From Microthyrium microscopicum (lineage: Eukaryota): 64,000 nucleotides of DNA. The stretch spans positions 620,001 through 684,000 of the forward strand of contig MU004239.1 of the NCBI GenBank assembly GCA_010405405.1, read 5' to 3'. Made by a program: the position numbers and the translations under genes. Below the pieces are notes generated by a model, which worked only from the letters and a program-made list of their open reading frames with translations, was not told the DNA's origin and made no database searches. Shown one piece after another: positions 10,017 through 22,015 of the stretch (position 1 is its first letter; each line of letters begins with the position of its first letter).

Positions 10017-13000
10017 TAAACTATTAGAGGAGTTAAAATCCTATTTAGATCCTAGTTATTATTAAATTATAGTAGATTGCTAGAGCTAGTAATATAACGT
10101 TATAAAAAGGGACTTATTAATAGTATAGATACTAAAGGATAAGTTATTCTAAATAAAAAGATAATAGAATAGAAATAATAAACTAGCGCTAACCTAAGTA
10201 ATAAAGTAATATATTAGTAAAGATAAGTATTAAATAAGAAAGATAAAGAAGTACTAAAGAATAGTAAATAAAGGATAAATTTTATACTTTTCCTATACTA
10301 AGTAATACTAGATTAGGATATATTTATTATAATTAGCCTTTATATTTATACTATATACTAATAAGTAATTTATTAGTAGTAGTAAAGTACTAGTATCTAA
10401 GAATAGACTTATATAACTTTAGTATTAAGACTAGAGTAAAGAACTTACTAATAAGAAGATAAATAGTAAGAATATATTACTTAGTATTAAGAGAGAGAAT
10501 AGTAAATACCTAATTTGCTATAGCTAAAGTTATATAGTATTTAAGTATTAAGGAAGAGAAGTTAAGAACTATTAATAGTATTATATAAAGCTATTATCTA
10601 TACTAGCCTTAACGTTAATAATATAATTTATTAGTAATATAAGATAATATTACTAAGAATATAGATACTAAGAAGAGAACTACTAGCTACTTATAGTATA
10701 TAATATTATTATGTATATTAAATTAATAGAATATACTATACTAAGAGATAAAGTTACTATATAATTATAAGTATAAAGTAAGTATAGTATATTAAGAATA
10801 GCTAATAATAAGATTATATTTAGGGATAAAGTTTAATAGTTATAAAGCTTTAGGTAATAGTAAGGTATATAGGTAATTATAATGTAGGTAATAAGGGATA
10901 ATTATTAGCTATTTATAAATATATCTTTATAAAGTTATAACCTTAGTAGTTAAAGATATTAATATACTATATTAATCTAGATAATATATATTATAAGCAT
11001 TTTTAAAGAAGATATTTAGTTTTTACTAAAATCTAGGAGTAGTATACTACTCTTTAGTTATAATTAATATACTAATTTTTTATATATTTCTATTTAGCTT
11101 TACTATATATTAACTATAATATATATCTTATTTATATTTACTATTTATAGTTTGTATAAATGCTTTAAATAACTTTATCTTTATTTTATTAAATAATATA
11201 AAATATTAGGTAAATAGTAGCTTAGTATTAAATCTACTAAAAAATTAGGCTATATTATCTTACTATTTACTTCTTTAATATTATAAGACTTTATAATTTT
11301 ACTATAAAATTATAAAATCTAAGAGATTATACTAAGTACTATCTTCTAGCTAATATTATATATACTAGTATATAAATCTTAAGTATATTATTACTTACTT
11401 ATTATAATTAACCTAATAGGTTAATCTTTACTAGTCTATTACTATAGATAGTTATTATTACTTACTAATTATTCTTATTAGTATATCTAAATATAATATT
11501 AATTCTTTCTTACTATAGTTATAATATAGTATAAGATTATATCTTTAAATCTTTATATTATTAACTATAATAGTAGCTCTACTTTATCTACTTATTATAA
11601 TTTATAATATCTTTCTTATTGCTATCCTAACTATTATAGTTATCTTAATCTTATAGGCCTTACTACTATAATTAGGTATTAGGTTATACTAAAGATACTA
11701 ATATAGAGAGTTTAATACTTTAGCCTATGTTTAATTATAAGTAATAGTAACCCTTTATTAGTAAGTTCTCTTTATTATATTCTTATTATAACTTTTTAAA
11801 ATATAGTAAGTAATAGTATTTATATATTCTAATGCTTATAAAGTCTTATTTATTCTTAGTTCTTTCTATTACTTCTATAAACTACTTTATATATAATATT
11901 TATTAAGAACTCTTCTATAATACTTTATATTTTACTTCTATACTTTTCTATATTATTAACTACTCTAATACTTACTTTATTTACTCTATTTACTCTTTAT
12001 AATCTTAAATTATCTTATTATAGTTAATCTATAAGTTCCTAATTCTTAGCACGATTCTCTAGGTTTTTAAGCTTAATGCTACTAATTAGCTCTTAATATA
12101 ATCTTTAGCTTTAAAAGCTATAGTAATATCCCTAATACTAGTAATAGCTTAACTAGTATTTACCCTTTTATTTTATACCTTAATAGCGCTATTAGTAGTA
12201 CTATAGGATTTTATTACTATAAGCCTAATAGCTTATATATTATAATAATTAATCCTTCTAATCCTATTATCTATTACTTACTTTATTAAATTGTAATAAA
12301 CTCTAATATAAGTTAATATTTCTATTATCTTTATATATTACTAAGTTATAGATAGGATCTATAGATTATTACTAATATAGACTACTCTCTAGTTAATATA
12401 TAGGTTTAAGACTTACTACTAATTAATACTAGATATACTATATATAAGATAATAATTACCTATAGTGCTTAATTCTCTAAAAAGATGCTACTTAACTAGA
12501 ACTCCTTTACTTCTCTAAATATATAAGAATTTCCTATTATAGTACTCTTTTTCTACTATATTACTTAACTACATTATTATAATACTTAATACTTAGATTA
12601 TCTTTCTATAGATAGTACTTAACTTTATCTAATAACTTATACTTATAATTATAACTAGCTAGATCTATATAAATATATAAGCTATTTTAACTACTAAAAA
12701 GAATTATACTCTAATTATATTTTTTATAATTAACTTATAACCTACTTTCTCTATAATACTAATGCTAATTCTTAAGTCTTTCTACTTTTTACTCTAGTAT
12801 AGCGCCTATGTCTTACCCTCTTCTTTATAACTCTTTATAACCTTTATTAACTTTTATAATATAATTAAGCGTTCTAAAGGCTTAGATATAGGAATTTAAT
12901 ATTATTTAACCTTCTTACTTTATATAAATAACTTCTTACTAATAGTTTTAATTATTAAAGGGTAGTAATAGGATCATAGTATTATTTAATATTTTTGCTT

Positions 13001-16000
13001 TATAAAAATAGCTTCTTACAAATAGTTTTAGAATAGGGAATAGTAGTAATAGAAATAGACTAGATATTAGTAGTTAATTATTTCTAAAATTATTATTTAC
13101 TTAAATTTATAGTTATAGATAGGATATTTAAGAGTAGTTTTTAATTATAACTAATATTAAACTACTAATACTATAATAAATAATTTAATTTTCTAAATCT
13201 TTTCTATGCTAGTTAAAAGCGTTATTTTTAATAAGTAATAAAAGAAATAATTATAAGATATATTATAAATACAAAATAGTAAAAGTAAAATAAAAAATAG
13301 GAAAATATATAATAATAAATATAACTTTAGTAGAATTCTAATAAATTAATTACTTATAAATTAATAAGGATAGGCTTAAGTTAGTAAAAAGATACCCTCT
13401 TATTCTATTATTAACTACTACGCCTACTACTTACCTAGAACCTATTAACTTACTAAGTAATGCTTCCTAAAAGCAGAACTATCTTCTTTATTATTAGGTA
13501 CGCTAACCTCTTAATTAGTAGGCTATTTCCTAATAACCTAGTCCTTAAAATACTTAATAACGCTAGGGATTTATACTATTATTAACTCCTAAACTTTTAC
13601 CTTTATTAACGTATAGTAAATAGGATTACTATTCTAAGTATTCTCTACCTCTAAAGTAAGAATATCTATATTATACTAGTCTATTACTCCTTAAGTTGCT
13701 TCCTAATCTCTATTAGTACTAACTAGCTTAAACTAAGTAATATAGAAAAAGAATAATTATATAGTATTAACTATTTTTAGTACTAGAGATAATATATATA
13801 GTTTAGTACGTAGGGATATAAAAGATATTATAATAGGACTTAATCTAATTTTAATAACTAGGCCCTTATTAGTAATAGATAGTTACTTTTATAAAAAAGT
13901 AGTTTAGCGCTCTAAAGTAATAGCTTTTATTAGAGTAACTACTAAAGCTTTATGTTACCTTTTTATAGTATTTTTAGAACTACGTTCTAGTAAGGTAGTT
14001 TAAACTTATGGCTATAGTAGATGTTTTTAATAAGGTCTAGAAACTAAGATAAAAGAAGGACTTAATATTATAGTATAAGATACTATATTAATATATGTTT
14101 CTAAATTATTTTAAATAAATAAAGATAAAGCTTATAGCAAGACTTATAAAACTATTAATAATAAGTAATTATAATAACCCTAAAGAAGTTAAAACTAAGG
14201 ATAATTTAATAAAGAAGAAAAGGCCTAAAGATATATAAATTGTTAATAGGCTTACTATAAAGGAGCATATATTTATAAAGATCTATAATAAGGAATACTA
14301 GAAGGATATATAAACTAAGGGTAGCTTATTAATAATAACTAAATAGGTAGCTACTAAAAAGCTAAAGCTACTTCTCTATTGTCTTATTTTTAATTATAAC
14401 GCCTATTATAATGTCTCTTTTATGTCTTATACCTATTAGACTTACGTTTATCTTATGTAGCCTACTTATTAGCTTTCTTATTTTTATATTTAATTTACTT
14501 CTTCTTTATATCTAGCTCTAGATAATTAATCTCTTACTAATAATTATAGTATTCCTTATTAGCTTTAGCCTTCTCTTATGTAGCTTCTCTCTTATATTTA
14601 ATAGCCTCTAGCCTTATCTACTTTATAATAGTCTCTAGTTCTTACTAGCAAATACTTAACGTAAATATCTTACCTTATAGTCCTTTAGTACTATGAGTAT
14701 CTATAGTTATAAGAGGACTACTAATTATAAGCTAGATATTCTAAAAATATATAAAAATCTTTATAGGTAGATTCTTAGTAAAAGCTTTACTACTATTAAT
14801 AGCGTTATACTACGTTTATTACTAAGGACTACTTATAATAAAATGCTACTTATTAAAATCCTTAAAGTAGTAGTAACCTTTATTAGGATAATAGTCTTAA
14901 GTATAAGAGTTATATAATAAGATAGTAGTAAGATTATCTTTCTTCTTAGAGTTATCTTTACTATCTAGTAGATATTTATTAATAAGCTTATTCTACTATT
15001 ATAATAGAAAACAAGTATTATCTTTAATATTTATAGTAGAAACTACTTTAGTAGATAGCTTTAGTTAAATTACTAGCTATAGCTTAATAGTAATAAAATA
15101 TATACTTTCTTTTAACTAATTTATATAATAATATTAATCTAACGCCTAGATCTATAGCTTAAAGATATTAGTATTAAAGCTAGGCTTTATAGAGTCTTTT
15201 ATCGTACTAGTAACTTTAAGATAGTTAGATCTCTATTAAATAGTTATAGTCTTAGTATTATATTCTTACTCTATAGTATACTTCTCTATAAAGATATACT
15301 ACTTCTTAATTACTATAGTACTAAAATCCTACTATATAATACTATTAATAGTATTCTTATATATTATTAAACTTCTTATATTAGTACTAGGCTTAATTTT
15401 ATAGAACTTTATATAAAGGTTAATAGTATAATTAACTAGAGCTAAGAATATATTGCTAGTATTAAGATTAATAGCGTCTAATTCTAATATAGATTTATTA
15501 ATTTTGCTATACTTCTTCTAGCCCTTAATAAACATTTTTTATAGTATCTTAAGATTAGCTTTCTTCTTCTTTTTAAAGAACCTTAGTAGATTATTTATTT
15601 TCTTCTTTATAAGTTCTAGCAGGTTATTAGAATCTATAGGTTCTTTACCTATTAAATTTTTAACTTTACTACCTAATTTATCTTTACTATTCTCTTTATC
15701 CTCTTTATTCTCTTTATTCTTAAGCTTTTTCTTATTATTTTTATTAGACTCTTGCTAGCTATTAGTATAGCTAGTATTAAATACTATATATTTAGCTTTA
15801 GTCTAAGCTAATTTTACTATATTTTATTTATTTACTACTATTATTATTAAGTAGCTATACTCTTACTACTAAATAATCCTCTTCTTACTTTTAGAATCTT
15901 TCTATATAATAGACTTTATTAAAGATTTTATCTTATTCTTTACTAATAAAGTTTTTAGTGTAAATTTAACTTTTAACTTAGGTAGTACTATTTTTTTAGC

Positions 16001-16451
16001 TTTTAAAGTAGATTTAAACTTAGTCTTACGTTCTTTATGCTTAATTTCTTCCTATTACTTTTACTTATATCTATATAGTTAACTATTAGCTATAATATTA
16101 TAAAAATAAGTAAGAAACCCTTATTAAACTTAAATAAAAATAGATAAGAAGAGTAAGAAATATATACTAACTAAGCTTAGCTTTATATTTTAGTTAGTTA
16201 GTATTAAGTACTAGGGTATTATTGTCCTAGCCTATGTAAATATTATACTTTTTTTTAGCTCTATTATTTAGGCTTTAAAGATTTTTAGTAGGTTCTTATA
16301 GTATTTACTAAAGAGTAGAGAATTAAGTATGCTTTATAGTAGTAATAGGCTTAGATAGTATACTTTCTAGATAAAAAGATATAGATTTATAAGTAGATTA
16401 TAACGATATAGGTTTATATATAAACTTTATAATAGATAGTAAGTAATCTTA

Positions 16452-16550
16452 AATTTACTATCTTGATCTTAAATTATGATATAGGTAGTTAGGGATATTT
16501 TTTTTAAAAGGCCTATGCACGACCTAAAAATAATTCTGCACCCAACAAAT
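16452..16550 (-). repeat. Right terminal inverted repeat (~99 bp)
   Basis: Reverse complement aligns to 7504-7600, with mainly transition mismatches and small indels. Confidence 0.85.
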
Positions 16551-17639
16551 CCAAAGGTACTTAGAAGGCGTTTTTACTCCCCAAAGAGGAATAGCGCGCA
16601 AAAGAGTAAAAGTCGTTTTTACTAAGTAAAATCGACTTGCACTCCACTTTTACTTCTCGTCCTAACCTACGATTAACCTATTTTAGAATAGTGCTATAGT
16701 TGAGTTAACGTTAGAGTTATTTAATTAGATGTTAAAGGGCTATATTCCTATTCTTCTTAATAGTTATGCCCTTTAAATCTATATATAAAGATACTAAGAA
16801 CCTAGAATACTTAATTAATACGCACGTATTTAGACATATTTAGCGTATATTTTGGCTTCTTTTTGGCTTCAGGGCGTAGATTATTAATGGAAATATCGCA
16901 AAGTTATGGCACAAAAACGTTCACAGGGGCAATTACTATGAGGGCAGTTTCTGCGGTTTAATATCAGAAGATGTCAGGGGCTAGGCTAATTCCAGCGTAG
17001 ATCTACAGTGAAAATCCGCAGTAAATATGGAGTCGAAATCTCAGGAATTTCACACCCGACCCTCTCCAATCAAGCGTCGTTATCATTATGGATGGCAGTG
17101 TCTATACTCATGATGATCATACAGTTCAGTTTGACCACAGAGCAGTGACCACCAAGAACAGAGCAATCGAACTTCATGTACAGTTTCTCATCTTTTGCGT
17201 AAAAACGTAGGAACTTAAATATGGCAAATACTTTTCCCACTCAAGCAATGGATAGCCGTATATTGAGGCCGAGGCATGCTTCCGTTTCTAAAAATAAGCA
17301 CTGCAGTGCCACAACGCAACAACATCTGAGGCCTCTTTTGAACCACCAGGCGCGGCGATCGACATTTTGGATTGGCGCCACCCGTAAATCGACCACTAAG
17401 AAGTAGGTTATGATGAACACAAGACGAACTGAGGTCGTGCCCAGTCGCGCTATGAACGAATGAATAACACAAACCGCTTCCAAAGGACCATACTTCGTAT
17501 CCCTTGCAGTATAAAAAGCTCTACCATCATCGGGAAAATATACTGCCTACTGAAAACTCGATATCTCCTAGTCGAGGACAGACAGCTCAACAACTCGACC
17601 ACAGACGATACCAAATCACCTCGCTACGTCCTACGAAAC

Positions 17640-18010
17640 ATGCGATTTTCACCGATTTTCGCCATTGTGGCAAGCATATCCGCAGCAAGGGCATTCACTT
17701 GCAGTGGGAGCCTTAATCCTTACTGCTGCGAATCTTCATCTCTGACACCTCGCGGATACATTGGAAGCAATTGTACAGAGGTAAATTCGACCTTGAAGGC
17801 TTGACTGACTACTATCAGGTCAGAACTCTACAGCAACAGATGGCGGCTTCACATGCAGTATCGCCCCTTTCACCAGCTTCCTATGCTGTCAGGGATTGCA
17901 TGTACTTGAGGTACAACTCCCATATGCGGCGACAAATCGTCTGTAATTTGCTAACTCGATCAAAGAATGGACAAACGGCGGCTTATTACTGTGGCCAGCC
18001 ACAGTCTTGA
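17640..18010 (+). CDS. Small secreted 8-Cys hydrophobin-like protein
   Basis: With introns 17773-17818 and 17902 (or 17911)-17965: MRFSPIFAIVASISAARAFTCSGSLNPYCCESSSLTPRGYIGSNCQNSTATDGGFTCSIAPFTSFLCCQGLH(VLE)NGQTAAYYCGQPQS*. Pattern C-CC-C-C-CC-C plus a signal peptide. Confidence 0.78.
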
Positions 18011-19636
18011 ATAGACTCCTACTATAGTACCTGCAGAACTTGTTAAGCATCAAGCTTTAGAGCCGTAATAGTTAGTAAAATTTATGAATCATCTCCCTGT
18101 TTGCTAGATTATCAAATTGGTTCTTCTTACCGTGACGACTACAGTAGTTGCTCATCCTTTCTCTAGCCATTGAAACAACGAAAACAAGTAGTGTCAATAG
18201 GCTGATAACTGCAGAGACATGAGAGCAATCTTTCATATCGCTCCCATATCAATTATGTGGGTGAAAGAAGAAACACACACGCCGCTGGGTCAGAACGATC
18301 AATATATAAAGTAGCACCAGCTAGAATTGGAAACATGTGGATCTATATGCCAGTCTATAAGAACAATACTTAAGGCACAAACTGGGCATACAAACGTACA
18401 TCTTGCTTTGCTGGCAGATGTTGAAATCTGAGATCCATGATCCGACAACAAGGAACCTGCCAAAAGAAGTTGGTGTATCCGTAGATCTGACCTCCGAGCC
18501 CTGACAGCTACTTTTCCAACCAGGATTTAAACCTGATAGAACAAGCCGAGCAGTGTTCACCGACACGAAAGGATTTCTTATCACATCCAGCAATCGCAAG
18601 GTCAATATTCGATACTTCTAGGCTAGAGAGACACGGATATTTGGACCTTGCTCTATGTCAATACAAGACTCTGCAACTACGACACTGCTCTCCAGCACGG
18701 CTGGACCAGCAGACGTAATGCTTTTTCAACGCAAGACATGACGAGAAGCCCGAAAGATTGTTTCATATGCCCCGCGCCGCCAGGAGTATGTTTGGTTGAT
18801 TTGCTCGGCTACGCTGGTACGCTGCGTAGCTGCATATCTGCAGTCAAGTGAAGAGTTCCATAGTAAACACCGCATGATGGCGTTCTTATGTAGGAACAGG
18901 GGAGTTATGCATGACTCCATTATTGACAGGTTGTCATGTGTCAGAAACGAGTTGCATTTTTCAGTGTTTCTCTTCCCCATCAAGACTAATGCATCCATTG
19001 GTTGGCTCTGTACTACCGTAGCGAAACCTCCTGTTTCTGGTGGAGTAATATTGAAGGATTGTATGAGGTATATTGTCAGAATGGGTTGCATTTTCACCAG
19101 GTGATTTCTAGGTGCTCGCGACTTGAGATATTCAACAGACAGGCAAACAGGCTATCCTTTTATATCGCCACTCCGGATTGACTCGCTTAGTTCCGGTCAT
19201 AAGGAATTTTGAACAGGGAACGCAAATCGCAACAAGGGACCTTCCCAATCAGCAATTGATACCGTTACTCTCGCTAATCCTGGTGAAGCTCATTCGTTCT
19301 TGTCGAACCGGTGCGGGACCAAAACACCATCTTAAGTAGACCGGGTACCAGAGAATGAAAGCCCAGCCTGCTGGAGCTGTTGCTAGCTCCTTGCACCTTT
19401 AACCGAAAAACAATTATCCAGGCGCGCCATAACATAAATCCCATAGTCCCCAGACTGCCGGTAAAGCTGAAATCATTCAGAGACTAAACACGCGAGAAAA
19501 TAGTGGGATATTTCAAGGGGAATTACCAGACGGAAAAGAACACATCCGGGTAATCTCTACCAAAGAAGAAAGGAGAAACTCCAACTTCCAAACCATCAAT
19601 TCGACATAACAACGTATCTTCATCTTCGAAATCGCC

Positions 19637-20594
19637 ATGCCGCTACTCGTGAGAAGCCGGACATCGTCCAAGGTCTCGAAGGCTGACATCTCCTGGCCCG
19701 TTGAAAGTCGTCGACAACGGCATGACATCCACATCGCACATCATGACATTCCATTGTCTCCTCCTGTGAGGCCGAATCGACCGAGCATGGACTTCTCTCG
19801 AACACCGTCATCGTGCTCCAGCACAGATTCTACAGGCCAAAGGAGGCGAAGTTTAACATCGTCATTCAGACTGCACACTCAAAGAACGAGCGAATGCTCT
19901 GAAAGCACTTGTTCTGGACCAGAAATGAATCTAGTCAGTCCAGATCGCCTACCATCGGACGAGGAGCTGAAAATTGCTGGAGCCATCCCTATATTCGACT
20001 CAAATGGGAATTCCAGACCGTTCAAAAGTCTCTATGAAGGACCAACATCGATAGGGGAACAACAACTGGTCGTTTTTGTGCGGCATTTCTTCTGTGGGGT
20101 TAGTTAGCTTAACGAAAGTTTGGCGGTTGCATAACTAATAGTATGTATAGGCCTGTCAAGCATACCTAAAAGCTTTATCAGAAGCAGTGTCCCTCCAAAC
20201 ATACTTTACCCTCCCAACACCAACATCAATTACAATAATAGGTCTCGGAGATCCCGCCCTCATCCCACTATATCGTAGCGCGACACGAACTCCGTTCCCA
20301 ATCTATACCGACCCTACCAGACGGCTGCATAGAATGCTTGGAATGGGATGGTCGTTGAACATTGGCAGCAGGCCCAATTATTTCAGGGGGACAAATGAAG
20401 TCAAATGGGTGATTGGCCAGATCAGAGACATGCGCAAGGTGGAAGAAAATATAAGACTCAAGGGAGGCGCGTGGTGGTGGGTTGGAGGCGAATATCTGAT
20501 TAGAGATGGAAAGGTGACTTGGTGTCATAGGATGCGGAATTATAGAGATCATGTGGAGATGAATGTGATTAAGAAGCTTTTGCAGATAGCTTGA
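19637..20594 (+). CDS. Thioredoxin-fold AhpC/TSA-like (peroxiredoxin-like 2) protein with low-complexity N-terminus
   Basis: VVFVRHFFCG|ACQAYL (CxxC across intron 20099-20150), PFPIYTDPTRRLHRMLG, VGGEYLI..WCHRMRN.RDH. Confidence 0.85.
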
Positions 20595-22015
20595 TGAGCA
20601 TCAGGGAATGATTTATGATGTTACAATTTGACGACTTGAGAATGAAGACAAACGATTTGACATTAATTCTTGCTTACACAATTTGGTGTATCTGAACCGG
20701 TGTTTTGATATAGTTCGATCAGTTTTTCCTGGGCGATGACGGTTTCTAGCGCCTAAAGTATTTGATAGACTTGGCGAAAACGAATTGGCTTGTTTTCTTC
20801 TGGGTACGTGATGTTGTTGGCTGCTTACCGTCTCTGGCGGTTTCGAACAGAAACAATACTTCGTCTAGCACAACTGCGGAATGATGCCTGCGCGTATGAA
20901 GGTCGCGTCTTCGTAAATTCGCAGTCTGTATCTTAAAGAGGTCCCATTGCAGAGGATATTCCTGCACCTGATTATGGTGTTTACGCTTGGCATACTGTAA
21001 GCCTCTGGTCTCACAGTCTTGTAGAATGACTGGACCCTGGTAAGTGTACAAGCGATATGCAAAAGTGTGCATCAAAACCCATGAACTGCTTGAAGTGTGG
21101 GTTACCGGGACGATAGAGTTTTTGCTCCGATGACGGTTGCGACAAGACATGCAGGCAGTCTAGCATACAGAGCACACATGCATTATCTGTACCCAGAGTG
21201 TCATGTTAGCCAATGGGAGAGCATCAAGAGGATTTGAATTAGATGGACTCGGAGAGGTTCTCGTATGCAGGAGATGATGATATGCCCGGCGGGGGAATCA
21301 GCGGTATCCTTTTCTGGCCAGGGCATGCCGCATACCTCTTACATGTAGATGTATGCGAAGTTGAGCTTGAACGGCCAATATGCGTTTGTTGAAATATTAA
21401 TGAAGCCAGGAAGTTACCGTCTAACTTTTGTGTATTCGACGATGAGTGGTTAGGGGAGTTATGGAGGAAAAATCAAGAGAGGAGAAAGTTGAAGAAAAAG
21501 AGGCCGCAGTCTACCTAGTAGAACAGGAACCAAACGAGGTTGGGAGGTGATCAAGGTGATTTAATGCCGGTGAGTTGCGGCTAGCGGCTAGCGCGGGCAA
21601 AAAACGGCAACCACAATTCAAGAAAACATTCAAGAGTTAAGAGTCAAAGAGGTTTGTTCCTGCCAGTGTATAAACACAGAGAGCTAGAGTACATAAGCAG
21701 TCAATTGACTGCGATATTTTGATACCTACTCCGTACAAATCTTCATTCGGTTACCGTAATCGCTGCCTCACTACTCACTACCTACCTACTGAACTCGAGG
21801 TCAATTCTCAACTTAATCTATTGACCCTGCGCAAGCTACCCTCGTCCACGGCCTGGTCATCAATTAACTTTGCATCCTTCTTTATCTCTCCCAACCACCA
21901 ACCACCAATCCCACTTTGTCTATTCCGTATCCTTTGCTGACCGCCTCATGTATCACTACTCAAATCATCCTCAAAGGTAGTGCGTTCGCCTGTGCAGTTT
22001 AGTTGTTGTTCAATC

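Larger units (their letters stand above)
7504..16550. mobile_element. ~9-kb RIP-degraded DNA transposon-like element bounded by imperfect terminal inverted repeats
   Basis: Extremely AT-rich, TpA-enriched, CpA/TpG-depleted block with sharp edges and no ORFs in the track. 7504-7600 is the reverse complement of 16452-16550 (atttgttgggtgYagaattatttt..tgcaYaggcctttt..tatccctaactacctataYcataat..atagtaaatt). Confidence 0.85.

Noticed and set aside
10080..14300. Identity of further ORF relics in the RIPed interior
   Set aside because: Strand-biased purine tracts and a GTAAGA-like donor suggest former genes, but no motif could be recovered by eye.
18321..19104. Short overlapping ORFs on both strands
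   Set aside because: No recognisable motif or consistent splice model.
20746..21340. Possible minus-strand gene divergent from the ABC transporter
   Set aside because: Short frames with no recognisable family and no coherent exon chain.
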